Below are positions 63,471-64,000 of a stretch of 64,000 nucleotides of DNA, one piece after another. Source of the stretch: Octopus bimaculoides (Eukaryota). Each line of letters opens with the position of its first letter. The stretch's first letter is position 1. A model generated the notes under the pieces. That model was given only the letters and a program-made list of their open reading frames with translations, did not search any database and had not been told where the DNA came from. The position numbers and the translations under genes were made by a program. The stretch covers positions 14,224,780 to 14,288,779 of the forward strand of contig NC_069000.1 in NCBI RefSeq assembly GCF_001194135.2, given 5' to 3'.

Positions 63471-64000
63471 ACCACTTCCAGTTTATAATTGTCCTCTGCA
63501 AAAGTATGTCTGGCCACAATGAAATATTACCTTGCTTGGAAACAGGTGAGGGTTAATGACAAGAAGAGCATCCAACCATAGAAAATCTACCTCAATAAAC
63601 TCAATCCAGCCTATGCAGGCATTAAAATGGTGATGATGATAGTGCAGCTGGGTTTATCTCAATACAGTAATGAGCTTTACTTGGGATTGCTTCAAACTCC
63701 ATTCATGCTCCATTTCTTCCCAAAAGCCCAAGTGCTGTGCAATTCTATGGAGAGTGGTGCCTTATTAAATGGTGTCTTGCATTGAGTTAGAGACTTTCAT
63801 TAGAAATACTGCGAAACTAGTGATTCACTTATTGTAAGCTTGTTGCCAACAATGGCTATTGTTTGCAAATCGCAAAAATAGAATAAATGAAAATTAAATA
63901 AAATAATAAATAATAACCTTTTACTGAAAGTAGGGTGGGGTAGGGTAGGGTGAGGAAACAACTTTTTAATGAATTGCAAACAACTTTGTATTGAAATAAT

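Noticed and set aside
1-64000. CRISPR arrays, rRNA, operons or other prokaryotic systems
   Set aside because: No repeat-spacer arrays, rRNA-like sequence or gene-dense prokaryotic organisation; the window is eukaryotic throughout.

Overview
AT-rich, repeat-dense animal genomic DNA with nine N-gaps. The SINE and LINE families look like those of Octopus (coleoid cephalopod), but this is recognition from memory, not a database hit. Two multi-exon genes were assembled by hand with consistent splice phases. One is a 9-exon VPS26C/DSCR3 gene (+, 24246-31637, 298 aa). The other is a divergently transcribed 8-exon SAXO/FAM154-family axonemal microtubule stabiliser (-, 9042-18670, 525 aa, 12 Mn-like repeats). 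There is also a candidate 2-exon orphan secreted protein (-, 3890-5052) and the possible 5' end of a third gene near 44.6-44.9 kb. The rest is tRNA-derived SINEs, RTE LINE fragments, Tc1, mariner, pogo, hAT and piggyBac-like elements, a Gypsy protease remnant and microsatellites. The most unusual signal is a set of hammerhead-ribozyme cores. Two (17229-17270 on -, 47799-47848 on +) each sit at the apex of a long fold-back, and two more are variant or decayed cores. None of these folds has been computed or tested.
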